Shown piece after piece: positions 29,175-41,364 of a stretch of DNA of 64,000 nt. This DNA is from Roseivirga sp. (lineage in GTDB: Bacteria > Bacteroidota > Bacteroidia > Cytophagales > Amoebophilaceae). Numbering within the stretch: position 1 is the stretch's first letter; every line of letters starts with the position of its first letter. The translations under genes and the position numbers were made by a program. The DNA lies in NCBI GenBank assembly GCA_051016155.1, contig CP136537.1, positions 192,935-256,934 on the forward strand. Reading direction: 5' to 3'. Under the pieces are notes generated by a model, which saw nothing but the letters and a program-made list of their open reading frames with translations, made no database searches and was not told where the DNA came from.

Positions 29175-29425
29175 CCCCTTAACAACCCAAATCATACTTC
29201 TTTTTGTAGCTATATGGCCTGTTTTGTAGATAAAACATGGTTATTGTTCTGTTTTTTGTATCTAAGCAGCGTCAGCTTTTCAAGCGGCAGAATATAAAAT
29301 ATTCCTCTGTTTGAGATCGCCCGAAGGACGGTCGAGTTAGGAATATTTTAGGCCGAGAGCGCCAGAAAAGGTAGCTGTGTGCCCTCGGGGGAGCTTTTTG
29401 GCGATACAAACAAGTAGCTCTCCGA
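29175..29425 (+). repeat. dispersed 250-350-bp element with nested hairpins, copy 1
   Basis: Shares gcccttaacaac.caaat.atact..tttt.tagctatatggcct.ttttgt and ..gcagcgt.agcttttcaagcgg...ataaaatattcctctgtttgag.gcgcccgaagg...aggaa.attttaggccgagagcgc.agaaaaggtagctg.gtgccctc with 43942-44290 and in part with 41161-41285. The inner hairpin aaaatattcct/aggaatatttt is at 29296-29349. Confidence 0.8.
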
Positions 29426-29534
29426 AGGAAAAATACCTATTGAGCTCCTTTAATGACACACGAACGAGTATTGTTAAGGGATAACTAAATTAGCTTAGAT
29501 GAGGGTATGATCAGCCTTACCTAATACACCATGA

Positions 29535-31669
<2,135 letters not shown>

Positions 31670-31719
31670 CAGTATTTGCTCTGCGCAAAAAGCATCCCCA
31701 TGTTTGCATAAGACGAGGG

Positions 31720-31830
31720 CGTTGAAAAATAGGCCCAGCTATGACCCTAGACTTTTAAAATCGACTTTCTCAGGCACCAGAGAGTTTTTTAAATCATTCA
31801 ATCACCAAATCACTCAATAATGCAATGGTC
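31720..31830 (+). repeat. dispersed ~115-bp gene-upstream element, copy c
   Basis: ...gacttttaaaatcgactttctcaggcaccagagagttttttaaatcattcaatcaccaaatcactcaataatgcaatggtc. Its terminal ATG (31820) is the predicted start of the next ORF. Confidence 0.85.
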
Positions 31831-32353
31831 TCAGAACATACTTAGACTCTACACCTGGCAGCTTAATAGAAAGGAGACACCTGTACGCTCCAATGTTGGA
31901 TTTGCTGGAGCGCAATCCCTAGGCGTACTGTATACTGGCGATACGCCTGAAAAGCACGACACAGTGTGTCGCTTTGTAGCAGCACTCAGGAAGACGGGAA
32001 AAGAGGTGGCAGGACTATGCTACACGCCCCAGAACACCCCCACGCCCATCAGTGATTTTCCCATATTGACGCCTCGAGATATAAGCCTTTTTGGTTCCAT
32101 TGTACCTCCATTAGCAGCAACTTTTGTCAATACACCATTTGACTATCTGTTCCATGTAGATTGGGGAGGGGATCCCATCCTCGACTATCTCCTGGCCAAG
32201 TCTCAGGCCCGATGCAGGGTGGGTTATTTTGATACTCGGCGCACACCTCTTTTTGAGATGATGGTCACCATTAATGGGGAAGCCGATAAGAATGGGATAG
32301 AGGGCTTAACTACGCAAATGTTACACTACATTCAATTGCTCAAAGCACCATGA
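31820..32353 (+). CDS. conserved hypothetical protein (upstream partner of dapA)
   Basis: A 177-aa ORF overlapping the dapA start by 4 nt. No motif recognised. The first codons (MQWS) come from the repeat element, so the true start is uncertain. Confidence 0.55.
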   Translation: MQWSQNILRLYTWQLNRKETPVRSNVGFAGAQSLGVLYTGDTPEKHDTVCRFVAALRKTGKEVAGLCYTPQNTPTPISDFPILTPRDISLFGSIVPPLAATFVNTPFDYLFHVDWGGDPILDYLLAKSQARCRVGYFDTRRTPLFEMMVTINGEADKNGIEGLTTQMLHYIQLLKAP

Positions 32354-33234
32354 CAGAAAAACTAATCGGCACTGGCGTGGCCTTAGTCACGCCTTTTGAT
32401 GCGCAACTCAATGTTGATTTTCAAGGGTTGGAGAGACTTTTAGTACACATAGCCGACAGCCACGTGCGCTACCTGGTGGTACATGGCACGACAGGAGAGG
32501 CTGCAACGACTACTGCAGAGGAGAAAAAAGCTATTCTTGCTTTTGTTCAAGCCCACAACCCCAAGAAGCTGCCTATTGTTTGCGGGATCAGTGGCAACAA
32601 TACGCGCGAGGTGGTCAAAACAATAGCAAGCACGGATTTTCAGGGCATTGATGCGGTGCTAACCGCTAGTCCTTACTACAACAGGCCGTCGCAAGAAGGA
32701 ATTTATCAGCACTACAAGGCTTTGGCAGATGCTTGTCCTGTCCCTTTGTTGCTTTACAACGTCCCGGCTAGGACAGGAGCCAACATTGAGGCAGCTACTA
32801 CCTTGCGCCTTAGTGCTCATCCCAACATTGTAGGCATTAAAGAGGCGTCGGGCGATTTATTGCAGTGCATAGCCATTGCTAAGGAAAAGCCGGAAGCGTT
32901 CTTGCTTATTTCTGGCGAGGACATGCTGACCTTACCTATGATGGCCATAGGCGCGACGGGCGTTATTGCTACCATAGCCAACGGCTGGCCTAAGACGATG
33001 AGTCAAATGGTAGAGCTTGCCCTACAGGGTAACCACACAGCGGCGCAACCTTATGCCTTTTCATTACTTCAGCCCACAGCATTGATTAGCCAAGCAGGTA
33101 ATCCTGTAGGGACCAAGCAGTTGTTAGCTGCGCTGGCCATCTGTCAAAATTGTGTAAGATTTCCTCTCGTTACAGCGTCTGCAGAGCTTGAACAGGAAGC
33201 AGCAGTAATTGCAATGATGTGTGGGGAGAAATAA
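32350..33234 (+). CDS. dapA: 4-hydroxy-tetrahydrodipicolinate synthase
   Basis: GTGVALVTPF, VHGTTGEAAT, YNVPARTG, IVGIKEASGD (Schiff-base Lys). Confidence 0.94.
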   Translation: MTEKLIGTGVALVTPFDAQLNVDFQGLERLLVHIADSHVRYLVVHGTTGEAATTTAEEKKAILAFVQAHNPKKLPIVCGISGNNTREVVKTIASTDFQGIDAVLTASPYYNRPSQEGIYQHYKALADACPVPLLLYNVPARTGANIEAATTLRLSAHPNIVGIKEASGDLLQCIAIAKEKPEAFLLISGEDMLTLPMMAIGATGVIATIANGWPKTMSQMVELALQGNHTAAQPYAFSLLQPTALISQAGNPVGTKQLLAALAICQNCVRFPLVTASAELEQEAAVIAMMCGEK

Positions 33235-33258
33235 AGAGGAAGCCATCAACTTCCTCTT
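33234..33258. terminator. hairpin between convergent dapA and the H1-like gene (possible bidirectional terminator)
   Basis: aagaggaag-ccatcaa-cttcctctt: a 9-bp perfect stem starting at the dapA stop, followed by tt. Confidence 0.45.
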
Positions 33259-33276
33259 TCAAAGGTAAAGACGTAC

Positions 33277-33456
33277 TTACTTGTCTGTAGTCTTCATGTT
33301 CTGGACCTCGATTCTAATTTCTTGGGCCAAGTTCTTCAAGTCCTGCATACCTTTCCTCACGCGCGTTCCTGCAGCTTTGTTGCCCTTGTCATAAAACTTT
33401 TCGAAGTCTTCTTCTAGTGAAATGATGTGGTTATAAATTTTTTTGTATTGGTTCAT
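33277..33456 (-). CDS. small histone-H1-like basic protein (59 aa; below the ORF-track cutoff)
   Basis: Hand translation gives MNQYKKIYNHIISLEEDFEKFYDKGNKAAGTRVRKGMQDLKNLAQEIRIEVQNMKTTDK. The KGNKAAGTR(A/V)RK core matches the small 'histone H1' proteins annotated in Bacteroidota, as I recall them. Confidence 0.65.
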   Translation of the reverse strand: MNQYKKIYNHIISLEEDFEKFYDKGNKAAGTRVRKGMQDLKNLAQEIRIEVQNMKTTDK

Positions 33457-33571
33457 AAGCTATTCTTTTTGTTTTACAACAGTTTTTCAGCAGCTCAATA
33501 TAATCAAAATGTTTCTTATAAAACAAAAATTGTCACTTGTTTAGAGTTATTCTAAGACTGCTGCAACATGA

Positions 33572-33686
33572 GACCATTGGATTATTGAGAATTTTTTTGA
33601 TCAAGTGATTTAAAACGCCCAGCTAGTCTCAAAGACAGCCTATTCTAAAAGTTTAGAAGCGCATCTGGGACTATTTTGCAATCCCC
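33572..33686 (-). repeat. dispersed ~115-bp gene-upstream element, copy d (reverse orientation, upstream of the H1-like gene)
   Basis: The reverse complement reads ggggattgcaaaatagtcccagatgcgcttctaaacttttagaataggctgtctttgagactagctgggcgttttaaatcacttgatc...ctcaataatccaatggtc. Confidence 0.8.
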
Positions 33687-33808
33687 TCAAAATGTATTCA
33701 ATACTCTAGCAGGACTTGAAAAAGCGGCTTTACAAGCCCGCAATCACTTAATAATACAATGGCCGGACGTAGAAGAAGGTAGTTTCCCTATTCCTGTAAG
33801 TCAACTGC

Positions 33809-36028
33809 TTATGCTGAGATAGATTGAGTGACACAGATGACTCCCTGAAGCTGTTCAAGCTTCTTGATCATGGCGTTGTAGCTCTGTAATTGTTTAATTT
33901 TTAGTTGGACACTGATGTGTGCAACTCCTTGCTTAGGATGTATCATACTTACTGATTGTACCCCTGTTGGGTAGGCTTTAGAGATAGTACGTAGCACTGC
34001 ATCAACGGTATGGGCCTGATCCAAGCTTTCAATACGTAGCTCCATCGCGGAGTACTGCTGAGGATGCCAGGTGATGTCTGTGATAGGACGGCCATGAGGC
34101 AAATGAAGTCCGTAAGCATGGCCACAGGTTTCTTGATGAATCTCCATCACCTGCTGTGCGTTGATAAGGCCAGAGACTTTATCGCCAGGAATAGGGTTAC
34201 AGCATGGTGCAAGCTGATAGTTAGTTATTCCTTTGCCATTGACTGTAAGCATAGGTGGGTCTTGGACGCTGCGTTCTGCCATGAATTGACTAAGCTTTTT
34301 AGCTTTTAACGGGCCTTTGCTGTGTGTTGACAACTTGTGCCGCTCTCTTGCAAATTGTTCTATCTCTTGCTGAACAATGCTTCCACTGCCTATTTTATGG
34401 TAAAGCCTCGCTTCCTCTTCTTCTTGGAAGAAGATAAGCAGCTGCTCGACTATCTCTGTGTTGTAACTTAGCCGAAGCTGACTGAGTTGTTGTAGCAAAA
34501 TTTTCTCTCCTTGCTTGATGGTTTCATTCTGCTTCTGCTCCAAGAATTGACGGATCGCATTGCGTGCTTTGTGGGTGGCTGTCCAGTCAAGCCAATAGTG
34601 AGTAGCCTGCGGCTTACCCGCAAAAGCCAGGTCTACTTGATCGCCATGAGCCAGTGCGTGTTCAATGGGAACACTTTTACCATTGACCTTGGCTCCTGTA
34701 CACATAGGTCCTCTGTTGGGTTGTACCTCAAAAGCCAGGTCTATAATTGTTGCCCCCACTGGCAGAACTGTCCACTTTTTATCAGGAGTGAATACCAACA
34801 TTTTATCTATCTGTAGATCAGCATAGACTGTATCCAGCAGCTCACGATCATCTTCTCCTTTTTGTTCTAATACGATTCGCACCTGATTCAGCCAATTGTC
34901 TATGTTGGAAATGTTTCCACCTTTGCCAGCTTCTTTGTACTTCCAATGCGCCGCATAGCCTTTCTCCGCCACTTCATCCATGCGCCTCGTACGTATTTGT
35001 AGTTCTATCCATTCTCCCTCATTGCTTCTGACGGTGGTATGGAGTGACGTATAGCCGTTGGGACGTGGATAACTCAGCCAGTTTCTTAGCTTACCAGGGT
35101 GGGGTTTGTAGAAACCTGTTATGGCTGCATAAACTTTCCAACAGGCCAGCTTTTCTTGGTCTGGAGGTGCGTCAATAATGACTCGAATGGCAAACAGGTC
35201 GTGTACCTCGTCAAAAGAGATATTAAGTCTTTCCATCTTATTGCGAATAGAAGCAATGGACTTGACACGGGCTTGGAGAGTAAAGTGGAATCCATTTTTC
35301 TTCAGCATGGCTCGAATGGTCTCTTGAAATCGACGTGTAGGGAAATTTCTGTTGCCTTTGGCTCCTTTGACTTGTTTCTCGATGTTGTTGTATGCCTCAC
35401 TGTCAACGAACTTAAGATGCAAATCTTCTAGCTCCAGTTTGATGGCATGAAGCCCGAGCCTATGCGCTATAGGCGCGTAAATATATTTGGCTTCAGCAGC
35501 GACTCTGGCTTGTTGATCATGACTTAGGCTAGCCAATGTGCGCATCTTCTGCAGGTAGTCAGCGATCTTGATGAGGATAACCCTGGGATCTTTTGAGAGC
35601 GCTACAATAGGGTCTATATGATTGACTGTGCTGCCTGGCTCACCCAAATGAGAACTAGCTTCTACTGCGGTGAGCTTCTCAATAATCTGAGTCTCTTGAG
35701 GGCTCAATAGGTTGTTGAGAGGCGAATTGCCGAGGCGATCCCCTACTCTACACAAGAGTGCACAAATGGTAGACGTAACGCCTAAGCCTATGTCTTTGGC
35801 AACGATCATGGCTACCTCTAATGCATGAAAGCTAGCTCCAGGCGCTGCCGAATAGGGTGTGGCTATGTGCTCTTTGAGGACATGGCGAAAAGCCTCTTTT
35901 AGCTTTTGCCCGTCTTTTTTCTTCATAGTAGGCCGGACCAGTCGACACAGCTTGTAGTATCTCCTCAGTATAGCCCTCCGCGCGGCCTGCTCTGATGTAA
36001 TTGTTTCGTTGATCGTAGACATTAACAT
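33809..36028 (-). CDS. RelA/SpoT-homologue (p)ppGpp synthetase with an apparently degenerate HD hydrolase motif
   Basis: Synthetase motifs GYTSLHTTV and ELQIRTRRMDEVAEKGYAAHWKYK, plus TGS and ACT-like C-terminal regions. The usual AALLHDVVED position reads CALLCRVGDR. Confidence 0.85.
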   Translation of the reverse strand: MLMSTINETITSEQAARRAILRRYYKLCRLVRPTMKKKDGQKLKEAFRHVLKEHIATPYSAAPGASFHALEVAMIVAKDIGLGVTSTICALLCRVGDRLGNSPLNNLLSPQETQIIEKLTAVEASSHLGEPGSTVNHIDPIVALSKDPRVILIKIADYLQKMRTLASLSHDQQARVAAEAKYIYAPIAHRLGLHAIKLELEDLHLKFVDSEAYNNIEKQVKGAKGNRNFPTRRFQETIRAMLKKNGFHFTLQARVKSIASIRNKMERLNISFDEVHDLFAIRVIIDAPPDQEKLACWKVYAAITGFYKPHPGKLRNWLSYPRPNGYTSLHTTVRSNEGEWIELQIRTRRMDEVAEKGYAAHWKYKEAGKGGNISNIDNWLNQVRIVLEQKGEDDRELLDTVYADLQIDKMLVFTPDKKWTVLPVGATIIDLAFEVQPNRGPMCTGAKVNGKSVPIEHALAHGDQVDLAFAGKPQATHYWLDWTATHKARNAIRQFLEQKQNETIKQGEKILLQQLSQLRLSYNTEIVEQLLIFFQEEEEARLYHKIGSGSIVQQEIEQFARERHKLSTHSKGPLKAKKLSQFMAERSVQDPPMLTVNGKGITNYQLAPCCNPIPGDKVSGLINAQQVMEIHQETCGHAYGLHLPHGRPITDITWHPQQYSAMELRIESLDQAHTVDAVLRTISKAYPTGVQSVSMIHPKQGVAHISVQLKIKQLQSYNAMIKKLEQLQGVICVTQSISA

Positions 36029-36181
36029 TCGCCTTCCCTTATCAAGGTCTCACCCAGCTTTCCTTGTGGCTTGCCTATCATTCATTACTGCGCACAATGG
36101 ATGGTGGAGAGCTCGTTAGTAAACAAGAATCATCGACATTTAGATAATCTCTTATTTCGGTGTAAATTCGTGGCCACACCT

Positions 36182-36263
36182 GCGGATGTGGCGGAATTGG
36201 TAGACGCACTAGACTTAGGATCTAGCGCCGCAAGGCATGGGGGTTCGAGTCCCTCCATCCGCA
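36182..36263 (+). tRNA. tRNA-Leu (anticodon UAG), class II with a long variable arm
   Basis: Acceptor gcggatg/catccgc. Anticodon stem ctaga/tctag with loop cTTAGga. T arm ggggg-ttcgagt-ccctc. CCA is not encoded. Confidence 0.9.
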
Positions 36264-36474
36264 CTGAATTCTTTTTGTTTGCTGAACAGCTTGCAAGATA
36301 GGATGAAGCCTATTATCCTAATATGAACGAGAGGCTCAAGCCATTGATTTTGGGGTTTACTTCTGGTAAAATTTTGCCCCGCAGCAAGTGCCCTCAATAA
36401 TCCATAGGCGCATACAGGAGGGAAGAAAGAATGACTTGAACATCAAGTTTTAGACAACCTAACATTGCTACTCG

Positions 36475-37836
36475 GTGCACATCTCACTCCACAGAAAAAA
36501 TACAACTGAAGCTTCAGTTATGCTCAAAATTGAGGAAACTGATTATCGACCTCGTGTAACGCAAAAGCTGAAAGAATACAGTAAAAAAGCCGCTATTAAG
36601 GGCTTTAGACCAGGCAATGTTCCTCCCGCGCTCATCCAGAAGATGTACGGCCGTTCTATTCTGATCGATGAGATCAATACGCTTGTGGCAGAGTCTTTGC
36701 TGAAGTATTTAAAAGATAATAAGATAGACACATTGGGAGAGCCTCTGCCTGTGGTTGATAAGATGACATCCATTGACTGGGAGCACCAGCGCGACTTTGA
36801 GTTTGAATATGAAATCGGTATGGTCGCTCCGTTTACTTGCACGCTTTCCAAAGACATGCAGGTGACGCATTACCAGATCAACGATGTAGCTCCTCAGAAG
36901 GTAGAGGAATGGACAGAAAAACTGCGTGAGGAATATGGAATCCTGGAAGAAGTGCAAGCGAGTAAAGCGCAAGATTCTATTTACGGTGTATTGTCCTATT
37001 CTACCGAAAACACGGAAAGATTAGAGGCGTGGACGGAGATTGCTATCGATAAGACCACCGAAGCAACTCGTTCGGCCTTCCTTGGCGTCAGCCCCGAAGA
37101 CAAGGTTGTCCTTGACATTAAGTATTTACTTGACGAGAATATATGGCGCATGAGCCCTCCAGAGGAAATGCGTACTGCCATGCACAACCAAGGCGGCGAA
37201 GCTGAGCTGACAGTGAAGAAGATCTACAGAAGGACGCCTGCTGTCATGGATCAAGCCTTCTTTGATAAAGCCCTTAAAGAAGGGGTCGTGCACGATGTGT
37301 CTACCTTTAAAGAGAAGGTAAAAGAAGAACTCATAGAGCATCATCAGCAATACGCTGATGGAGCCTTAGAAAGGGCTATTCAGAAAACACTCCTTAATCA
37401 AGTCACTATTGCGCTTCCCGACGAATTCTTAAAAAAGTGGCTTCAGGAAAAAGCGAAGACATGGTCCAAAGAAGCCATAGAGAAGGAATACAGAGCCTAT
37501 GCCGAGAAGCTGAGGTGGAATATGCTGACGGAAAAGATTAGCAAAGACCACGACATTGAGGTCTCTCACGAAGAGGTCACAGAAGAAATGAAACAGCGCA
37601 TAGAGGCTCTTTTAAGCAAAAATCCAGGCAAAGAGCAGTTATCAGAAGAAACCAAGACACAGCTCGTACAAAAATTTCTCTACGAAAAAGAGCATGAGAA
37701 CTACAGAAAAATTCGTGAGAGACTGTACGAACGTAAGTTCATAGACCTCATCAAGAGCCAAATCACCATTGTCCCGCAGGAAGTCAGTGCAGAAGAGTTT
37801 GATCGTATAGTGCGAGAGCAGCTCTTTGGCGACTGA
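36475..37836 (+). CDS. tig: trigger factor
   Basis: AIKGFRPGNVPPALIQKMYG ribosome-binding signature. It lies in the conserved tig-clpP-clpX order. GTG start. Confidence 0.9.
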   Translation: MHISLHRKNTTEASVMLKIEETDYRPRVTQKLKEYSKKAAIKGFRPGNVPPALIQKMYGRSILIDEINTLVAESLLKYLKDNKIDTLGEPLPVVDKMTSIDWEHQRDFEFEYEIGMVAPFTCTLSKDMQVTHYQINDVAPQKVEEWTEKLREEYGILEEVQASKAQDSIYGVLSYSTENTERLEAWTEIAIDKTTEATRSAFLGVSPEDKVVLDIKYLLDENIWRMSPPEEMRTAMHNQGGEAELTVKKIYRRTPAVMDQAFFDKALKEGVVHDVSTFKEKVKEELIEHHQQYADGALERAIQKTLLNQVTIALPDEFLKKWLQEKAKTWSKEAIEKEYRAYAEKLRWNMLTEKISKDHDIEVSHEEVTEEMKQRIEALLSKNPGKEQLSEETKTQLVQKFLYEKEHENYRKIRERLYERKFIDLIKSQITIVPQEVSAEEFDRIVREQLFGD

Positions 37837-37882
37837 TGCAATTGATCATTCCTTGTTGTTGTAGCTATAAAGTACAAATTAT

Positions 37883-38554
37883 ATGCCCAATCAAGACGAG
37901 TTCAAGAAATATGCTGTAAAAGGCCATGGCATTAGCAGTGTGCACGTTGATAATTACGTAACACAGGTTGAAAACATGACCCGCTCAGTGATTGAGGAAA
38001 GGCCTACCCACTTCCGTGAGATTGACGTTTTTTCGCGGCTTATCATGGATAGAATCATCTTCCTAGGCATGCCAGTAGATGACCATATTGCTAACATCAT
38101 CATTGCGCAACTTCTTTTTTTAGAGGCTGCAGAGCCCAATAAAGATATTCTTCTTTATATTAATAGTCCTGGCGGTGCAGTATATCCTGGCCTAGGGATT
38201 TACGATACCATGCAGTATGTTAGACCTACTGTAGCTACTATCTGCACAGGGCTGGCAGCTTCTATGGGGGCGGTCTTGCTAGCAGGAGGAGCTCCGGGTA
38301 AACGTTCTGCATTGCCTCATGCTAGAATTATGATTCATCAGCCCCTAGGAGGTGCGCAAGGGCAAGCTTCTGACATGGAGATCACAATCAAGCAAATGAT
38401 AGAAATAAAGAAAGACTTGTACGAAATTCTCTCTCAGCACACCGGTAAAAGCCCTGAAATGATAGAAAAAGATGCAGATAGAGATTACTGGATGAGAGCC
38501 CTACAAGCCAAAGAGTATGGGATCATTGATGAAGTGCTAGAGAAAAAGCAGTAA
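37883..38554 (+). CDS. clpP: ATP-dependent Clp protease proteolytic subunit
   Basis: [20 protein letters not shown] (Ser), IMIHQPLGG (His). Confidence 0.96.
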   Translation: MPNQDEFKKYAVKGHGISSVHVDNYVTQVENMTRSVIEERPTHFREIDVFSRLIMDRIIFLGMPVDDHIANIIIAQLLFLEAAEPNKDILLYINSPGGAVYPGLGIYDTMQYVRPTVATICTGLAASMGAVLLAGGAPGKRSALPHARIMIHQPLGGAQGQASDMEITIKQMIEIKKDLYEILSQHTGKSPEMIEKDADRDYWMRALQAKEYGIIDEVLEKKQ

Positions 38555-38558
38555 AAGT

Positions 38559-39782
38559 ATGGAGACAACTATTTATTGTTCCTTTTGTAGGCGAAGCAAT
38601 GAGGCAGCCATCATGATGATTTCTGGCCATGCAGCGCACATATGCGACAGGTGTATTGAGCAAGCCATGCTACTGGTGGGCAAAGAGAAAAAAAGACCCA
38701 AAACACAGGCAGAGGGGCTAAAAATGATCACGCCTCAAGAGATCAAAACACAGTTAGACGCGTATGTGATTGGTCAGAACGAAGCCAAAAAGGTCCTCTC
38801 AGTGGCGGTCTACAATCATTACAAAAGGCTTAGACAGCCCATTGAAGGTGATGACGTACTGATAGAAAAATCGAATATCGTTTTGGTAGGAGAGACGGGC
38901 ACTGGCAAGACCTATCTAGCCCGTACGCTAGCACGACACGTACTGCAAGTCCCCTTTTGCATTGTAGATGCTACTGTACTTACTGAAGCAGGCTATGTGG
39001 GAGAAGACGTAGAAAGCATACTGACTCGTTTGCTGCAGGCAGCCGACTATGAGGTGGCAGCCGCTGAAAAGGGCATTATCTATGTGGATGAGATAGATAA
39101 AATTGCCAGAAAAGGAGATAATCCCTCCATCACACGAGATGTAAGTGGCGAAGGAGTGCAGCAAGCCCTCCTCAAGCTATTAGAAGGCACCACCATCAAT
39201 GTGCCACCCCAAGGGGGAAGAAAGCATCCAGACCAGAAGATGATCCAAGTCAACACAGAAAATATCTTGTTTATCTGCGGTGGTGCTTTTGATGGTATAG
39301 ACAGAGTCATTGGCAAAAGACTCAACACCAAACAATTAGGCTTTACGGCGGCCAGGAAAGGCGAAGACGTCAGAGAAAACTTAATGCAATATGTCTCTGC
39401 CCTAGACTTAAAGACCTATGGGCTTATCCCCGAACTGTTGGGAAGGCTCCCCATCGTGGCTCATCTCGATCCTGTGGATGTTCCTACCTTAAAGCAAATT
39501 CTCACAGCGCCCAAAAATGCTCTGACCAAACAGTACAAGAAGCTATTTGAGATGGAAGGTATCGAGCTAAAATTTACAGACGATTTCATAGATTACGTTG
39601 TACAAAAAGCGCTGGAGCTCAAATTAGGGGCCAGGGGTTTACGTGCCATATGTGAAGCAATCATTACAGATGCTATGTTTGAAGCCCCTTCTCAAAAGGA
39701 TGTGAAGAACTTAGTGCTGGACAAAGCCTATGCAGTAGAAAAGCTGGGCAAGTCAAAGCTGACTATGCTGAGGGTAGCTTAG
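38559..39782 (+). CDS. clpX: ATP-dependent Clp protease ATP-binding subunit
   Basis: Zinc finger CSFC...CDRC, Walker [28 protein letters not shown]. Confidence 0.96.
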   Translation: METTIYCSFCRRSNEAAIMMISGHAAHICDRCIEQAMLLVGKEKKRPKTQAEGLKMITPQEIKTQLDAYVIGQNEAKKVLSVAVYNHYKRLRQPIEGDDVLIEKSNIVLVGETGTGKTYLARTLARHVLQVPFCIVDATVLTEAGYVGEDVESILTRLLQAADYEVAAAEKGIIYVDEIDKIARKGDNPSITRDVSGEGVQQALLKLLEGTTINVPPQGGRKHPDQKMIQVNTENILFICGGAFDGIDRVIGKRLNTKQLGFTAARKGEDVRENLMQYVSALDLKTYGLIPELLGRLPIVAHLDPVDVPTLKQILTAPKNALTKQYKKLFEMEGIELKFTDDFIDYVVQKALELKLGARGLRAICEAIITDAMFEAPSQKDVKNLVLDKAYAVEKLGKSKLTMLRVA

Positions 39783-40053
39783 TCATGCACAAGTAGACGC
39801 TTACTACAACTACCACTGCTTTTCTTTATCAAAAATCTAAGGCGTTAGCAAGAGGATGCGTAAAACAGGAACGGCTAGTTTAAAGGGGGTTACAAAAAAG
39901 TGTATTAAATTGCCGATAAAGCCTTAGCCATTAGTAACGTGTCATGGAGCTTACTCGCACACCTAGCCTATTGGAGAGCTAGACGACTCTCGCTCAGGAG
40001 AGCAACCAACATTCAGTGCCATCTGCGAACGCCCTTTTAAAGAAAATTTTCTT

Positions 40054-41028
40054 ATGTCCAGCCTTGTAAGAAAGCTACTTTTTTTACTCTTGCCCCTTCT
40101 TACCGTCAGTCATTTATCTTTTTCAAAAGAAGGCTCCTCATTCAGAAAGCTACTCAACCGTGTTCATGTGAGTACTTCCATCGGGTATGGACTCACCAAC
40201 TACTGCCACCAAGTAGGAAGTGTTTCAGCAAATGATGTCATTTTTTTTAAAGAAGGCGATCAGTTCTACATACACAATCCTAAAGAAAAAGGAATAGTTT
40301 ACCTCGTTCAGTGGTTCGACGACTCCTATGTACGCATGAAGTCTTACACTGACCTAACGAAGATTCCCGCTGACAAGAGAGCTATTGGTAATATAAAACT
40401 CAAAGGAATAGGAAGTACCCTTCCTCTCTCATTGAGTACCTATGTAGACCTCTGGAAAAAGTTCCGTGTAGGCGTGGGGGGAACCCTTTTTATCGACAGA
40501 ATCGATCGTCTAGAGACTGAGGAAGAGGGCCATCAAGGCTTAAGTCCCTATACTTTCTCTCCCAAAAATCGCTATCGCTTGCGTCCGTTCGGCATCTTGG
40601 GCTACAAGTTTATCGAGAATACAACCCTTTCTGTACTGCTTGATGTTAATATTGGAATAGATCTTATTTATGCTTTCTTGAGTGAACGAGCGCTGGGTTA
40701 TTTTCAAGCAGGGACACAGAGCTTGGGGCTAACTATGGAAGGGCACGTTTCAGAATATTTTAGAATATTTGGCAGGACTTCGTACGAGGTGAGAAGCACA
40801 ATGGACAGGTTTGAAACAAAAAATCAAGCGTATCCAACAATAGCGGTATTGGAACAGACAAGCTTTCTTTTTCAATTTGGGGTGAGCTTTAATTGTCCTG
40901 AAATTCCTAGATGTCCTGTACCTTGCTGCAAAGTAGAAAGAAAACATAAACATCAAGGCGAACGCTATCGTGGTGCATCTATGTTCACAGGCAAAGATTC
41001 ACGAAAACGAAAGCTCTTTGAAAAGTAG
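40054..41028 (+). CDS. hypothetical secreted or outer-membrane protein
   Basis: N-terminal signal LLFLLLPLLTVSHLSFS. The body has alternating beta-like character and the C-terminal tail is basic. No family recognised. Confidence 0.5.
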   Translation: MSSLVRKLLFLLLPLLTVSHLSFSKEGSSFRKLLNRVHVSTSIGYGLTNYCHQVGSVSANDVIFFKEGDQFYIHNPKEKGIVYLVQWFDDSYVRMKSYTDLTKIPADKRAIGNIKLKGIGSTLPLSLSTYVDLWKKFRVGVGGTLFIDRIDRLETEEEGHQGLSPYTFSPKNRYRLRPFGILGYKFIENTTLSVLLDVNIGIDLIYAFLSERALGYFQAGTQSLGLTMEGHVSEYFRIFGRTSYEVRSTMDRFETKNQAYPTIAVLEQTSFLFQFGVSFNCPEIPRCPVPCCKVERKHKHQGERYRGASMFTGKDSRKRKLFEK

Positions 41029-41160
41029 TTAGCTCCTCATTGAGGCACCAATAGCAGCCTAGCTTTCTATCTAGCTAGTTGAGCTCAGCTAATACGGTTC
41101 CTTACAGCTGTAGGCCCCATGTTACAGGCGAGATTTGAGCAAGCTTAATGGCTTAAGCTT

Positions 41161-41285
41161 GCCAGTCTTCACAAAAAATCCTTGACAAGAAAAATCTCCC
41201 TAGGGCCAAGCAGCGTCAGCTTTTCAAGCGAAACCCTTATAAAATACTTCTCTTTGAGCGCGAACAACCAGTCCTTGGGCGTTAG
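41161..41285 (+). repeat. partial copy of the nested-hairpin element
   Basis: ...ccctagggccaagcagcgtcagcttttcaagcgaaacccttataaaatacttctctttgagcgcgaac aligns with 44095-44170. Confidence 0.7.
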
Positions 41286-41364
41286 CTAATGAACCAACAA
41301 AGCAGTGTGCTAGTAGCCCCAACGAACAAATCAATCAATAGTTCAATCACAAAACTGTCCAGCA

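Noticed and set aside
29115-29297. A 60-aa ORF overlapping the ZIP transporter stop.
   Set aside because: It lies entirely within the dispersed nested-hairpin repeat, and equivalent copies elsewhere do not keep the frame.
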